DNA from: Clostridiales bacterium
Lineage (GTDB): Bacteria > Bacillota > Clostridia > Christensenellales > UBA1242
Direction: 5' to 3'
Assembly: GCA_918292005.1 (NCBI GenBank)
Contig: CAKJZJ010000017.1
Coordinates: forward strand, 5,051 to 69,050
DNA length: 64,000 bases
Shown: in pieces, positions 1-10,281 of the stretch
How positions within the stretch are numbered: position 1 is the first letter of the stretch
Layout: every line of letters starts with the position of its first letter
Program-made: the position numbers and the translations under genes
Notes under the pieces: model-generated
What the model saw: the letters and a program-made list of their open reading frames with translations, nothing else
Told to the model about the DNA's origin: nothing
The model's database searches: none

Positions 1-1
1 C

Positions 2-337
2 ACAAAAATAAAGGCACCGATTAGTCTACTACTCGCAATATGCGATCGTGGTCAGGGCGATCTGGTAGAAAGCTATCTGAATAATCATCATCTAGATGCA
101 GGTCTGATTATGATGGGCAAAGGTACTGCAACTACCGATATCGCCGATATATTTGGTTTCGGTATGAGTGACCGAGATGTAATATTATGTCTAGTGCCAA
201 AAGCTGACGAGACCAAAATATTAGATGATGTTACCGACATATTGGGCATAGAGAGAGACGAATATGGACTGACTATGCTACTAGATCTGAATAGTGCTAG
301 CTCTAGCATACTGGAGCTGTGCAAAGTGAAGATTTGA
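2..337 (+). CDS. P-II-like (GlnB-fold) protein, 5' partial
   Basis: The frame is open from base 2 (TKIKAPISLLLAICDRGQGD...MMGKGTATTDIADIFGFGMSDRDVILCLV). The GxGTA...lG motif matches the adjacent P-II-like gene. Confidence 0.7.
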   Translation, partial: TKIKAPISLLLAICDRGQGDLVESYLNNHHLDAGLIMMGKGTATTDIADIFGFGMSDRDVILCLVPKADETKILDDVTDILGIERDEYGLTMLLDLNSASSSILELCKVKI

Positions 338-351
338 TGTTCTTTAAAAGA

Positions 352-574
352 AAGTTCTTAAAGAACTTATAAAACTTTCTTTAGACACTAAAAGAAAGTT
401 TAACAAAGAAAGTGCTGGGGGTTCGGATTCCCCCAGACCCCTAAAACCGTTTACGATAGGTCTTATTGGAAAGGGGTTGTAGTCATACATAATACCATAT
501 GCTGTCATTCTGAGCATAGCGAAGAATCTATAAAAATAAAAACAATTTGTCATTCTGAGAGACACGGAGAATCT
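352..574 (+). repeat. Hairpin-rich REP/BIME-like intergenic mosaic
   Basis: Perfect stems at 352-368, 372-401, 415-436 and 437-442/472-477. These are followed by two direct TGTC-tagged units at 503-529 and 548-574 (TGTCATTCTGA...AGAATCT). Confidence 0.7.
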
Positions 575-610
575 ATAAAAAAGATAGCATCTGTAAAAAA
601 GGAAATAATT

Positions 611-1000
611 ATGGAAAATAAAGAAATTAATAATAGTGGATATGATATGATAGTGGCAGTAATTGCCAGGGGTTTTGCCGATTATGTGGTCTCTGCAGCA
701 CGTGATGCAGGTGCGACCGGAGCGACTATTCTATATGGCAGAGGAACAGCCGATGCAGACAAGCAGGTAATGGGTATATCATTGCAACCAGAACGTGAAG
801 CAGTACTAATACTAGTAAAATCTAATGAAAGGAAAAAGGTAATGCAGAATATTGCCGATGAGACTAGTCTAATGGAAGAAGGCCGTGGACTATGCTTTAG
901 TCTGCCAGTGTCTCAAGTGCAAGGTCTACGTAGAGTGACCGAGCAACGTGCCGAGCAGGACCGTATTGCCAAAATGTTAAATAAAAAGAAGAACAAGTGA
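611..1000 (+). CDS. P-II family nitrogen-regulator-like protein
   Basis: IVAVIARG...AARDAGATGATILYGRGTA...EREAVLILV...GRGLCFSLPV is the typical P-II-like pattern. Confidence 0.8.
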   Translation: MENKEINNSGYDMIVAVIARGFADYVVSAARDAGATGATILYGRGTADADKQVMGISLQPEREAVLILVKSNERKKVMQNIADETSLMEEGRGLCFSLPVSQVQGLRRVTEQRAEQDRIAKMLNKKKNK

Positions 1001-1071
1001 AAACTTGTTTTTTTCTTATCATATATTAAAATTATTGAGCAAATTATTGATTTTTGCTAAAATATAAATGT

Positions 1072-3246
1072 ATGGAGAGAAGTGTCGAGATTTTATCCCC
1101 TGTGGGAGATTTGAATACTTTTTATGTGGCACTGAATGCAGGAGCAGATGCTGTGTATTTGGGTTTGCCCAAGTTTAATGCACGAATCAAGGCTGAGAAT
1201 ATTAGTCTGGATAATCTTTCTGATGTCGTAAAGTATGCTCATCTCCGTGGTGTAAAAGTATATCTCACACTCAATACTCTAGTAACTACGTCCGAAATGA
1301 CGCAGGTGGTATCCATGGTAGATAGATGTGTGCAGGCAGGTGTAGATGCATACATTGTACAGGATCTAGGTATAATATCTGTGCTGAAAAGTCTATATCC
1401 AGATATAGTCTTGCATGGTAGTACCCAGATGGGTATTCACAATGTACGTGGTGCTAGGGTGGCTAAAGAACTAGGTCTCAGTAGAATTGTGCTATCTAGA
1501 GAATGTACCATAGATGATATATTAGCCATAAAGCAGGCAGTAGATATAGAAATAGAAGTGTTTGTGCAGGGTGCTATGTGTGTGGCATTCTCTGGGAATT
1601 GCTACATGAGTGCGCTGAAATGTGGTGCTAGTGGTAATAGGGGCGAGTGTAAGCAACTGTGTAGGCTACCATATACTCTGACTAGTGGCAGTAGCAGTAT
1701 GAATGGATACACCATATCTATGAGAGATAATTCAATGATGGGAATATTGAGTAGTCTACTAGACATAGGTGTAGACTCTCTGAAAATAGAAGGCAGGCTC
1801 AGAAGACCTGGATATGTGTATCAGATGACCAGTGCATACAGACATGCTGTAGATGATATATGTCATGGCAAATCTATAGATGTGGGCGTGGTCGAAAATG
1901 GTATGAAAAGGGTATTCTCACGTGGTGAATATATACCTAGTTATAATGCCGGTAATGATGTGATAGAGCCTACTATCAATAATCACATAGGCGAGAGAAT
2001 AGGTACTGTAGTGAGATGTAATAAGTTTAAAGATATATACCAGATACACGTAGATGCTACTCGAGATATACATGTGGGCGATGGGATAAAATTTGTGAAT
2101 GGTAAAAATGTTGTAGATAGTATTGGTGTTGGTAATATTGATAAATATGGCAGAGAAACTATACTTTATGGCACAAAGTCCATACCTAGTGGCACAGATG
2201 TGTATTTAGCGATAGATAGTGATGTCGAGTCAAAAATGATAGAGAATGGTCGCAAGCATAGTATAAATGTGCATGTGTATGCTAGACCTGAGAGTCCACT
2301 ACGCATAGATATTGATGGTGCTGTAGCGATATCCAGAGAGTATGATATGTGCGAAAAAGCAATCAAAAGTGCTATAGACTATACGTCTGTATCTACTGCG
2401 ATGACCAGAGCGAATAAGGGGACTTTTGATATAAATCTAGATGTAGATGCGGTCGGGGTTTTCCTGCCTGTATCTAGACTAAATGCTATATGTAGGGAGA
2501 CCGTCTCTGCAGTGTCTGATGAGATATTATCCAGGTATCCTATTCCTGCTAGGACGGGTGCATTACCCGAGACAAAAGAGATAGGTAGTGATTATGCTAA
2601 TATCGCCATTGTGTGTGATGCAAAAAATATTCGTGGGCTAAAAAAAGATTATGATGCACTCATATATTCTCCTTATGTGTACACTCTATCCAATGTGGAG
2701 AATTTCTACAATGACTATATCAAAATTTTCAAATCTCCTATGTATCTCAATCTACCTATGATATCGCGTTACGATGATATGCCTATCGTCGACGGCATTG
2801 TAGAGTGGTGCAAAGGTAAAAAGGTAGTCCTAGTGGCTGAGAATATATACGGGCTAGACTATATACGTGATGGGCATACAGTAATGGCTGGTAGCAATCT
2901 AAATATTAGTAATGATTATACTGCCACCAAACTTTTGAGCATGGGTGTGCGTGAGATGGTGTCTAGTATAGAGAAATGGTGTCCTACTATATCTGGCACG
3001 TACAAAGTGGTAGATGGTAGGCTGGTGCTAATGACATTCGCACATTGTCCGAATAAAACCCTACATCACAATGATTGTAGTCATTGTACACACTGTGGGG
3101 ATTTGAAACTAAGTGATAGTAGAGAAAAATACTGCTTACGTCGTGTGAAGATTGCTAATTGTTATTTTGAATTGGTAGATGGTGTAGAGAGCAAATCTAA
3201 ATATCATCATCAAATACATGATTTGAGAGGTGGTGGATATGTATAG
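1072..3246 (+). CDS. U32 peptidase family protein (RlhA-type rRNA hydroxylase-like, long C-terminal extension)
   Basis: EILSPVGD, GADAVYLG, HGSTQMGIHN, EVFVQGAMCVAFSGNCYMS...NRGECKQLCRLPY and SLKIEGR motifs. ATG 1072 is preferred over TTG 1054. Confidence 0.85.
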   Translation: MERSVEILSPVGDLNTFYVALNAGADAVYLGLPKFNARIKAENISLDNLSDVVKYAHLRGVKVYLTLNTLVTTSEMTQVVSMVDRCVQAGVDAYIVQDLGIISVLKSLYPDIVLHGSTQMGIHNVRGARVAKELGLSRIVLSRECTIDDILAIKQAVDIEIEVFVQGAMCVAFSGNCYMSALKCGASGNRGECKQLCRLPYTLTSGSSSMNGYTISMRDNSMMGILSSLLDIGVDSLKIEGRLRRPGYVYQMTSAYRHAVDDICHGKSIDVGVVENGMKRVFSRGEYIPSYNAGNDVIEPTINNHIGERIGTVVRCNKFKDIYQIHVDATRDIHVGDGIKFVNGKNVVDSIGVGNIDKYGRETILYGTKSIPSGTDVYLAIDSDVESKMIENGRKHSINVHVYARPESPLRIDIDGAVAISREYDMCEKAIKSAIDYTSVSTAMTRANKGTFDINLDVDAVGVFLPVSRLNAICRETVSAVSDEILSRYPIPARTGALPETKEIGSDYANIAIVCDAKNIRGLKKDYDALIYSPYVYTLSNVENFYNDYIKIFKSPMYLNLPMISRYDDMPIVDGIVEWCKGKKVVLVAENIYGLDYIRDGHTVMAGSNLNISNDYTATKLLSMGVREMVSSIEKWCPTISGTYKVVDGRLVLMTFAHCPNKTLHHNDCSHCTHCGDLKLSDSREKYCLRRVKIANCYFELVDGVESKSKYHHQIHDLRGGGYV

Positions 3247-4813
3247 AATCAATCAGATGACTCTGCCACTTGATTTCGACAGGTCGAGTCTAAAAGAATA
3301 TCTAAGTGAGAGAATCAAACTACCTACAGAGCAAATACCTATTTGCAAATTGTCTAGACTATCTATAGATGCTAGAAACAAACAAAATGTATGCTATAAG
3401 GCTAGTCTAGTATTCGATACCACGGTTCCTTTAAATCTAGATAGACTACGTACGGTGGAGAAATACACCCAACGTCTATTCCCTAAAAAATATTGGTTAA
3501 AAGAACAGAAAGATATCATTGTCGTAGGTACTGGTCCTAGTGGACTTTTTACAGCATTGGTTCTGGCTGAAGCTGGCGCCAAAGTTACTCTCATTGAGCG
3601 TGGCTACGAGATGGAAAAAAGGAAAATCGCCACCAACAAGCTCATGGAATCCGGTGAATTGGACGAAGTATCCAATATTCAATTTGGCGAAGGTGGTGCT
3701 GGTACATTCTCCGATGGTAAATTGAATACGGGTATAAAAAGTGATTATATAGACTATGTTCTGGAGACATTCCATAAATATGGTGCACCAGAGAATATTC
3801 TATATGATAGTCGTGCACATATCGGTACGGATATACTGGCAGATGTAGTGGTGAATATTAGACACAGACTAGAGAATATTGGTGTAAAAGTACTTTTCGA
3901 ACATCAGATGATAGACTGTGAGATAATAGATGGGTGTATAAATTCGATATACGTTCGTCATGGCTCAGAAGTGAAAAATATGCCATGCGATATTCTGGTA
4001 CTAGCAATAGGACACTCTAGTAGAGACACCATCCGAATGCTAGTAAAAAACAATCTAGAGCTCAAGCAAAAAGCCTTTTCTATGGGCTATCGAATAGAAC
4101 ATTTACAACGTGAAATAAGTGTAAGACAATATGGTAGAAGTGCAGAGTTTTTGCCACCTGCAGACTATCATTTGTCAAAAAAACTAGACAATGGGCGCAC
4201 TATCTATACTTTTTGTATGTGTCCCGGTGGTGTGGTGGTACCTGCTATGAGTGAGCATGGTACTATAGTAACCAATGGTATGAGCTATCATGATAGAGCA
4301 GGAGAGAATAGCAATTCTGCAGTGCTAATAAATGTAAATCCAGAAGACTTCGGTGGCGATGGAGTACTGGCAGGTGTAGAGATGCAAGAGAAGTGGGAGA
4401 GATATGCTTATGAGAAAAATGGTCTCATGAAAGCCACCGTGCAACGTGTAGGAGATTTCCTAGCAGGTGTACCATCGCAGAAATTGGGCAAAGTGAAACC
4501 AACTTTCAAGCCTGGTTATGTACTAGGAAGTGTGGAAGATATGCTACCTAGATTTGTAGTAGATTCTATCAAAATGGGTTTACCAAAGCTGGCCGAGCAA
4601 CTCGCAGACTTTGATGAGCCTAATGCAATACTGACTGGTATAGAGACTAGGAGTAGTGCACCATATCAGGTCATACGTAATCAAGACATGGAGAGTAGTA
4701 TAGGTGGCGTGTATATGATAGGCGAAGGCGCCGGATTTGCCGGTGGTATAGTCTCTAGTGCGGTGGAAGGAATAAAGTGTGCTTTCTCATTAATTGATAG
4801 GTTTGGCAAGTGA
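3230..4813 (+). CDS. FAD/NAD(P)-dependent oxidoreductase
   Basis: VVGTGPSG dinucleotide motif, NIQFGEGGAGTFSDGKL, TFCMCPGG and GEGAGFAGGIVSSA. Overlaps the U32 stop. Confidence 0.85.
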   Translation: MVDMYRINQMTLPLDFDRSSLKEYLSERIKLPTEQIPICKLSRLSIDARNKQNVCYKASLVFDTTVPLNLDRLRTVEKYTQRLFPKKYWLKEQKDIIVVGTGPSGLFTALVLAEAGAKVTLIERGYEMEKRKIATNKLMESGELDEVSNIQFGEGGAGTFSDGKLNTGIKSDYIDYVLETFHKYGAPENILYDSRAHIGTDILADVVVNIRHRLENIGVKVLFEHQMIDCEIIDGCINSIYVRHGSEVKNMPCDILVLAIGHSSRDTIRMLVKNNLELKQKAFSMGYRIEHLQREISVRQYGRSAEFLPPADYHLSKKLDNGRTIYTFCMCPGGVVVPAMSEHGTIVTNGMSYHDRAGENSNSAVLINVNPEDFGGDGVLAGVEMQEKWERYAYEKNGLMKATVQRVGDFLAGVPSQKLGKVKPTFKPGYVLGSVEDMLPRFVVDSIKMGLPKLAEQLADFDEPNAILTGIETRSSAPYQVIRNQDMESSIGGVYMIGEGAGFAGGIVSSAVEGIKCAFSLIDRFGK

Positions 4814-4871
4814 TTTTGACCATAAATATGCACTTTGGTGGGATATATTTGCACATTACCAGTGACATTAT

Positions 4872-4900
4872 TTGACAAAAACTGTCATTGTGTATATAAT
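4872..4900 (+). promoter_or_regulatory. Consensus sigma70/sigmaA promoter
   Basis: TTGACA (4872-4877)-N17-TATAAT (4895-4900). Confidence 0.8.
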
Positions 4901-4993
4901 ACATAGTGATTTTTAATCTAATAGTTATTTATTAAGAAATTTATAAGTATATATATTGTGGGTGTTTATCCACAATTTGGAGATTGATTTATA

Positions 4994-5434
4994 ATGTGTC
5001 AAGTGAATACTTTTATGTTTAAAGATGGTGAATTGGACGGAGAAAAATTGATAGATATTATCAAAATTTTTCAGTCTGATGGCTTTACAAATTTTTACGA
5101 ATACAATAATCCACATTTGCGTAATATTAGACGCGACCTAAGACTTTTCGGCTGTGGAAATTTCTGCGATTGTGGTAGCGTACTTACCAAAAAAGTGGTA
5201 GTAGATGAAATGGTCGAACATGAAGAGAGCAGAAAGCTCATAGATATACTATCCAAAACTCTAAATGTGGTAGATACTGCATATGTATTTACGCATTGGT
5301 ATAAAGGCAATAATGATATCGCCCAAGAGAGAGTGGTATTAGAGCGTGCCCCTAAACAGGTAAAACTAAAAGACCTAAGTGAGCAAACCTTTAGGGATAT
5401 GTTTTACAATGAGGTACTAGAAGTAACGAGATAA
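4994..5434 (+). CDS. Hypothetical protein (146 aa)
   Basis: ORF with GGAG RBS at 4979-4982, its own promoter and a terminator. No recognisable family. Confidence 0.75.
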   Translation: MCQVNTFMFKDGELDGEKLIDIIKIFQSDGFTNFYEYNNPHLRNIRRDLRLFGCGNFCDCGSVLTKKVVVDEMVEHEESRKLIDILSKTLNVVDTAYVFTHWYKGNNDIAQERVVLERAPKQVKLKDLSEQTFRDMFYNEVLEVTR

Positions 5435-5465
5435 AAAAAAGACTAGAATGTTTCTAGTCTTTTTT
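5434..5465. terminator. Bidirectional intrinsic terminator
   Basis: A-tract, GACTAGAA/TTCTAGTC stem, T-tract, between convergent genes. Confidence 0.8.
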
Positions 5466-5473
5466 CTTTTCCT

Positions 5474-8400
5474 TTATGGAGTGCTATTAAACTCGGCATT
5501 GTATTTAGCTAATATAGATCTGAATGGATTGTCGTATGTGTCTGGAGTAGTTACATTGTAATTCTCCGGAGTGGTACTATTAGCTTTATTTGTATAATGC
5601 GACTCCAGTGCATCTATATATTGCATGGTCTGGCTATTATTTATTTGTGTATCAGTGAGCTCTGGATGTGCCGTATGGATAGCATCTACTACATTGTCTC
5701 GTACTTCAGATAGAATCATCTTTGCCACCTTTCTAGTTGTAACTACTCCACAGATTAATTTTGCTTGGGTAGTGTCTAGATATACATCTAGTTCGGTTGC
5801 TTTTGCATCACTAATAATGTCGCTAGAAGTAGTTATACTATTGCTGAGACTCTCCATATCATCTTTTACAGTATTGAGTTCGGTAAATAATTCTACGTAT
5901 GTTTTGTAATTACCAGCAGTATTGTATGCACCTGTATTGATGGTGGTGGAGATATTATCTATTAGGTCGTTTGTAATCTCATCTTTGCTACCGGCTGCTG
6001 CACCAGATACTTTGAAATCTTCTACGAGAGATGCTACAGCATCTTTTAGTATTGTACGTGTAATGAATAGGCTATTTACTCTGTTATTATCTACTTCGTA
6101 TGCACTATAGCCACCCTCTAGATTGGTAGAAGAATATATTAGGTCATTATATCTGAGTGGGGTATTGTTTTGATCGAAAGTATTGAATGCTATTGCATCA
6201 ATATTGGTAGCAATAGTTGTGCTAGCATTGTCTAGGGAGTATTCTTGGTCTTTATTCATACTGGTTAGTTTGGTTACGAATGCCAATTCTTTTTCCCAAG
6301 AGAATACTTTATTCTGTGTAATAGCGATAGTATTAATACTATCCTGAATGTTATCAATTAGGTCATTAAATACTGTTTCGTAGGTATTGGTTGTGCTATT
6401 ATTTTTAGCCAAACCGAATGTGTCTTTGATGAGTGTATTGAGAATTGTTCTAGTCACTATCTTGCTATTATTATCGCTATATTGCATATATAGATGGTCG
6501 GAAGTCTCTATCGTATTGAATGCAATAGAGTCTATGGTGCTACCTATATCGGTACCTGTAGGGATATTGAAAATATCTTTAGATATATCTAGAGTGGTGA
6601 GTGTTGCAATATTGCCCAATTCGTAAGCAAATGAAGAAATCTCAATTGAAGTATTGGCAATATTATTTTTGATAGATGTTACTGCAGTTCCGATAATAGT
6701 TGACATTGTAGCATCAAATGAATCTACTATGTCTCCACTCATTTCTTCTATAGCAGTGGCTAATAAATCGCGTACTCTAGGCTCGGTAATAAGATATGAT
6801 CCACGGATGATATCTTCGCCATCGGTGTAGCCGTCTACTACTTTGTCTATCTCTACTCCAATAAATCTAATATTATCTGCTAGATTACTCGAAGTAGAAT
6901 TATCTAGGTCTAGAGATTTCAGTCTATTAATATGGTTCAATTCGGTTGCCCAGAAATTCACTCTAGAGTGTCCGTCTGGATTTGTTTCTGTTGCAAAGAA
7001 AGTAGGGTCTTCGATATCTGTAGCAATATTTTCGATTAATGTATTGATTTTACCATTAATACCAGTAGTATCGTTGGTTTTGATTTGTCTGATTACCGTA
7101 GCAATAATACCGTCTAGAGATGTGGCTGGTATAAGCCTACTAGTATATGCTTTGTCTATATCTTCTGCTATTGCTAGACAAGCAGATATATTGCTAATAT
7201 TTCCACTATCTTCGGATAGTTTTTGTAGAGATTTAAAGCAGGATATTTCTTTAGTCCAGAAATCATTATCGTCTTGCATAATGGTAGTGGTGTTTGCATC
7301 TTCTAGTGTATCTTTTATATCGGTAAATAGTGCATTTATTTTATCATTGAGTGTGTCGGTACCAGAGTCTTCGTAATTGGCGCCTAGTACCATTTCTTTT
7401 ACCTTGTCCATAGCGATATTGACTATTTTTAGTGTTGTATCACCACCTAATAGATTGGATTTTTTCGCTCTGTCTAGGTCTGATCCTAGGGAATTGGATA
7501 ATTCAAATTGACCATTATTACTAGAGTCTTGTAGCATATTATATACATTAGATATTAGTGGAGATACTTTGGATATCTCGTCAGTCCAGAAATCTTCGTC
7601 TGTTGTCGAATGTCCACACCTGATGATATTGTCCTGCATATCTTTAATAATGGATAGCATGTCTCTGAGTCCAGAGTCTGCTTTTTCAGATATTTGTTCG
7701 TGAGCATAGTTTAGAATAGTTGTAAGCAATTTTGTAACAGATGTGCTGGCATAAATGGTTTCTGTACTATCGTATATATTTGTATTACCACCGAATAATT
7801 GTGATGTTTCTAGTGCGTCCAAGAAAGCTCCAAAATTATTGATAATGGTCTCTGACATAGAGAATTCTATAGAATAACCAACTCTTTTATTGTAGCCTTC
7901 TTGAACTTTACCTAGTATTCCATTATCTTTATCACGTAAAATATTGAGTGCAGTATCTATTTTACCCATTTCAACGGCCCAGTCGGTAACATCACCGATA
8001 TTCTCTAGTAGAGAATTATTTACGTAATCTTTGAATACTTTTGGAATAGCATTAGGTGTTAATTGCTTTAGCTTTCTGGTAGTATATGAAATTACATTAT
8101 TGTAAGTTTCTGTATTAATAATTCCACCATCTTTTATGGTATTGAGTAATTGACCTAGTGGAACTAGGGATTCTTGAGTAAGGTAAATAGGGGAATCATT
8201 ACTAATAGTTTTTGCTGTGTCAAATGCTTCATTAATAATCTCTGTGAAACGATCAATGAAATCATCTTTTTCTATATCATTTTTTACATATCCGAAATGA
8301 ATAGAATTGTCTAATGCAGTGAGTCCAATATTGAATACATTGGCAATCGTAGTATTGACGAGTTTTAGTGATAAAATTCTCTCTACCAACTGATTGCTAA

Positions 8401-10042
8401 AGTCGTCATCTACATTGTGAATTATTGTTACAGGATCGTCTAATTTATTAGTAATGACTGGCAGTAATAGATTTTGACTATTGATATATTTTACTATATC
8501 TATCATTCCTTCTGCTTCTTCAAACAGATTTACATTTGCAACTGTAGTTAATTCTTCGATGGTATCTAGCAACAAATCATTTATTTTTTCGTCTGCCGCT
8601 AGTCTAATCTCATTATTTGCCACATAGTTAGTTGCGGCAGGTAGGAGATAATCGGCTAGACAATTTAGGAATTGTACTTTTTTACTTTGAGCCAATAGAT
8701 CTTCGACAGCAGTGATTATTTCGTTTAGTTCGGCTTGAGTCATATTCGCTATGCCGTGCTCATTGACCTTTTTGTATAGACCGAAGGTTTTATCTGCTTG
8801 GACAATGGTGCCAACTAGATTTTGGATATCATCTCTTAAGACAATCTTTTTACCATTAATAGTGGTAGATGTTAATTGGTCGAAGCCAACTAGGTATAAT
8901 TGCTCTAGTCCGATGCTATTGCCCAAAGTATGCATGAGAGATGTTTCATAACCTTTTAGAATCTGTGTTGCTAATCCACCACTTGCTGAGTCTAGAGAGT
9001 ATGTCGTTTCGGTAACATTTTTAATCTCGGTATCTTTGTTGCTCTCTAAAATATTAAGCAAACCATATAGTGGCATCATGGTATTGATAGTTATTACCAA
9101 TCCTACCACCGATCCTACTAGGGCGCCTAGCAGTCTGTGTTTTTTAGGTTTTACATATTTTTCGTCAGAGTCTTGTCCACGATGTCTAGGCTCTTTTACT
9201 TTCTGTGGTTTTTCTTTTTTAGCTTTGCCTTTTGCATTATTGGTATCATTATGTGCTTCTTCGAATGTTGGCATATTACTAGCACCATGAGCATTGGCTG
9301 TTGCGATGTCTTCTTCTTTCTTTATAAACATTCCGACATCACTAGTAGGCTCTGCTTTTGCAGGTTCGGCACTAGTTGTAGCCATTTCCGATACACTAGG
9401 TGTAAGTTTGACAGGATCTTCTGCAGGTGGTGTGGCTGGAGTCTCTGGTGCAGGCTGTTGAGTCTCTGGTTGTGGTGTTGGAGTGGGTGGTGTAGGTGAC
9501 GACTCTGCACTAGTTGTTTGAGATGGGTTGGATTGTAGTGGTTTGGTATTATCATCGTCGCCAAAATCCCATGCTGAAAATCCCATTGCTTCTTTTTTCT
9601 TTCTTTTCCTATCAAATATAGCCTTATATAGTAGATGGTCGATAGGTAAAAGCAGATATTTGAACAGCCAGAATAAAAGTAAATATACAAATGCATTGAC
9701 TAGTATTAGTGGAATGGAAGTTAATACTGAAACGAATTGTGGATTTTTGGTGATGAATTCTTCACCTAAAAATGCCTTTATGTATGCGACAATTATATCA
9801 GATATTTTTACACTACCATGCACTATCTCTTCGCCATTATATGTAATGGTGGTATTGATAGGGATATTCAAAAGTAGTTTAGTCAAAGGCACGGTAATAA
9901 AGAGAAGAATGACACTAGTAATCAAAAGAAAAAGTAGACGACCAGTTGTTCTTTTTAGTCCCCTTATTAGTCCCCAAAGTATTCCGAAAAAAATAAATAC
10001 TGCCAAGGCTATGGTAAAGCCCATTTGTATATATCCACTCAT
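5474..10042 (-). CDS. Giant membrane-anchored protein (1522 aa): CvpA-like N-terminus, Pro/Thr-rich insert, helical repeat region
   Basis: N-terminal TM helices (ILWGLIRGLKR; RLLGALVGSVVG), a low-complexity PTPPTPTPQPE segment and a recurring W-x2-E motif. Confidence 0.8.
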   Translation of the reverse strand: MSGYIQMGFTIALAVFIFFGILWGLIRGLKRTTGRLLFLLITSVILLFITVPLTKLLLNIPINTTITYNGEEIVHGSVKISDIIVAYIKAFLGEEFITKNPQFVSVLTSIPLILVNAFVYLLLFWLFKYLLLPIDHLLYKAIFDRKRKKKEAMGFSAWDFGDDDNTKPLQSNPSQTTSAESSPTPPTPTPQPETQQPAPETPATPPAEDPVKLTPSVSEMATTSAEPAKAEPTSDVGMFIKKEEDIATANAHGASNMPTFEEAHNDTNNAKGKAKKEKPQKVKEPRHRGQDSDEKYVKPKKHRLLGALVGSVVGLVITINTMMPLYGLLNILESNKDTEIKNVTETTYSLDSASGGLATQILKGYETSLMHTLGNSIGLEQLYLVGFDQLTSTTINGKKIVLRDDIQNLVGTIVQADKTFGLYKKVNEHGIANMTQAELNEIITAVEDLLAQSKKVQFLNCLADYLLPAATNYVANNEIRLAADEKINDLLLDTIEELTTVANVNLFEEAEGMIDIVKYINSQNLLLPVITNKLDDPVTIIHNVDDDFSNQLVERILSLKLVNTTIANVFNIGLTALDNSIHFGYVKNDIEKDDFIDRFTEIINEAFDTAKTISNDSPIYLTQESLVPLGQLLNTIKDGGIINTETYNNVISYTTRKLKQLTPNAIPKVFKDYVNNSLLENIGDVTDWAVEMGKIDTALNILRDKDNGILGKVQEGYNKRVGYSIEFSMSETIINNFGAFLDALETSQLFGGNTNIYDSTETIYASTSVTKLLTTILNYAHEQISEKADSGLRDMLSIIKDMQDNIIRCGHSTTDEDFWTDEISKVSPLISNVYNMLQDSSNNGQFELSNSLGSDLDRAKKSNLLGGDTTLKIVNIAMDKVKEMVLGANYEDSGTDTLNDKINALFTDIKDTLEDANTTTIMQDDNDFWTKEISCFKSLQKLSEDSGNISNISACLAIAEDIDKAYTSRLIPATSLDGIIATVIRQIKTNDTTGINGKINTLIENIATDIEDPTFFATETNPDGHSRVNFWATELNHINRLKSLDLDNSTSSNLADNIRFIGVEIDKVVDGYTDGEDIIRGSYLITEPRVRDLLATAIEEMSGDIVDSFDATMSTIIGTAVTSIKNNIANTSIEISSFAYELGNIATLTTLDISKDIFNIPTGTDIGSTIDSIAFNTIETSDHLYMQYSDNNSKIVTRTILNTLIKDTFGLAKNNSTTNTYETVFNDLIDNIQDSINTIAITQNKVFSWEKELAFVTKLTSMNKDQEYSLDNASTTIATNIDAIAFNTFDQNNTPLRYNDLIYSSTNLEGGYSAYEVDNNRVNSLFITRTILKDAVASLVEDFKVSGAAAGSKDEITNDLIDNISTTINTGAYNTAGNYKTYVELFTELNTVKDDMESLSNSITTSSDIISDAKATELDVYLDTTQAKLICGVVTTRKVAKMILSEVRDNVVDAIHTAHPELTDTQINNSQTMQYIDALESHYTNKANSTTPENYNVTTPDTYDNPFRSILAKYNAEFNSTP

Positions 10043-10281
10043 ATATAGTCCCCTAATATGTAATATAATAACTTTATTCTATCATATAAGTAGTTTTTCT
10101 CAAAATGTTATAAATAAAGAAAAAATATAAAATATATCATATTTTCCACATTTTTTGCAGAAAAAAACATTGAAATGATAAATATTTTTAATGTTTGATG
10201 TGTCAAAGTGTGTTGATTTTGTTTGTCAATTGTGTGGCAAAATTATATACTTGAGAGTGATAAAACAAAAGTGGGTGGCAT

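Noticed and set aside
4966-4974. oriC, suggested by a perfect DnaA box (plus TTTTCCACA at 10142-10150)
   Set aside because: The boxes are isolated, with no cluster and no dnaA/dnaN or gidA context.
5625-10130. Plus-strand ORFs opposite the 1522-aa gene (for example 6843-7376 and 9528-10130)
   Set aside because: Antisense shadows with Ser/Leu/Ile-rich composition and no RBS. The same applies to most short ORFs nested opposite long genes.
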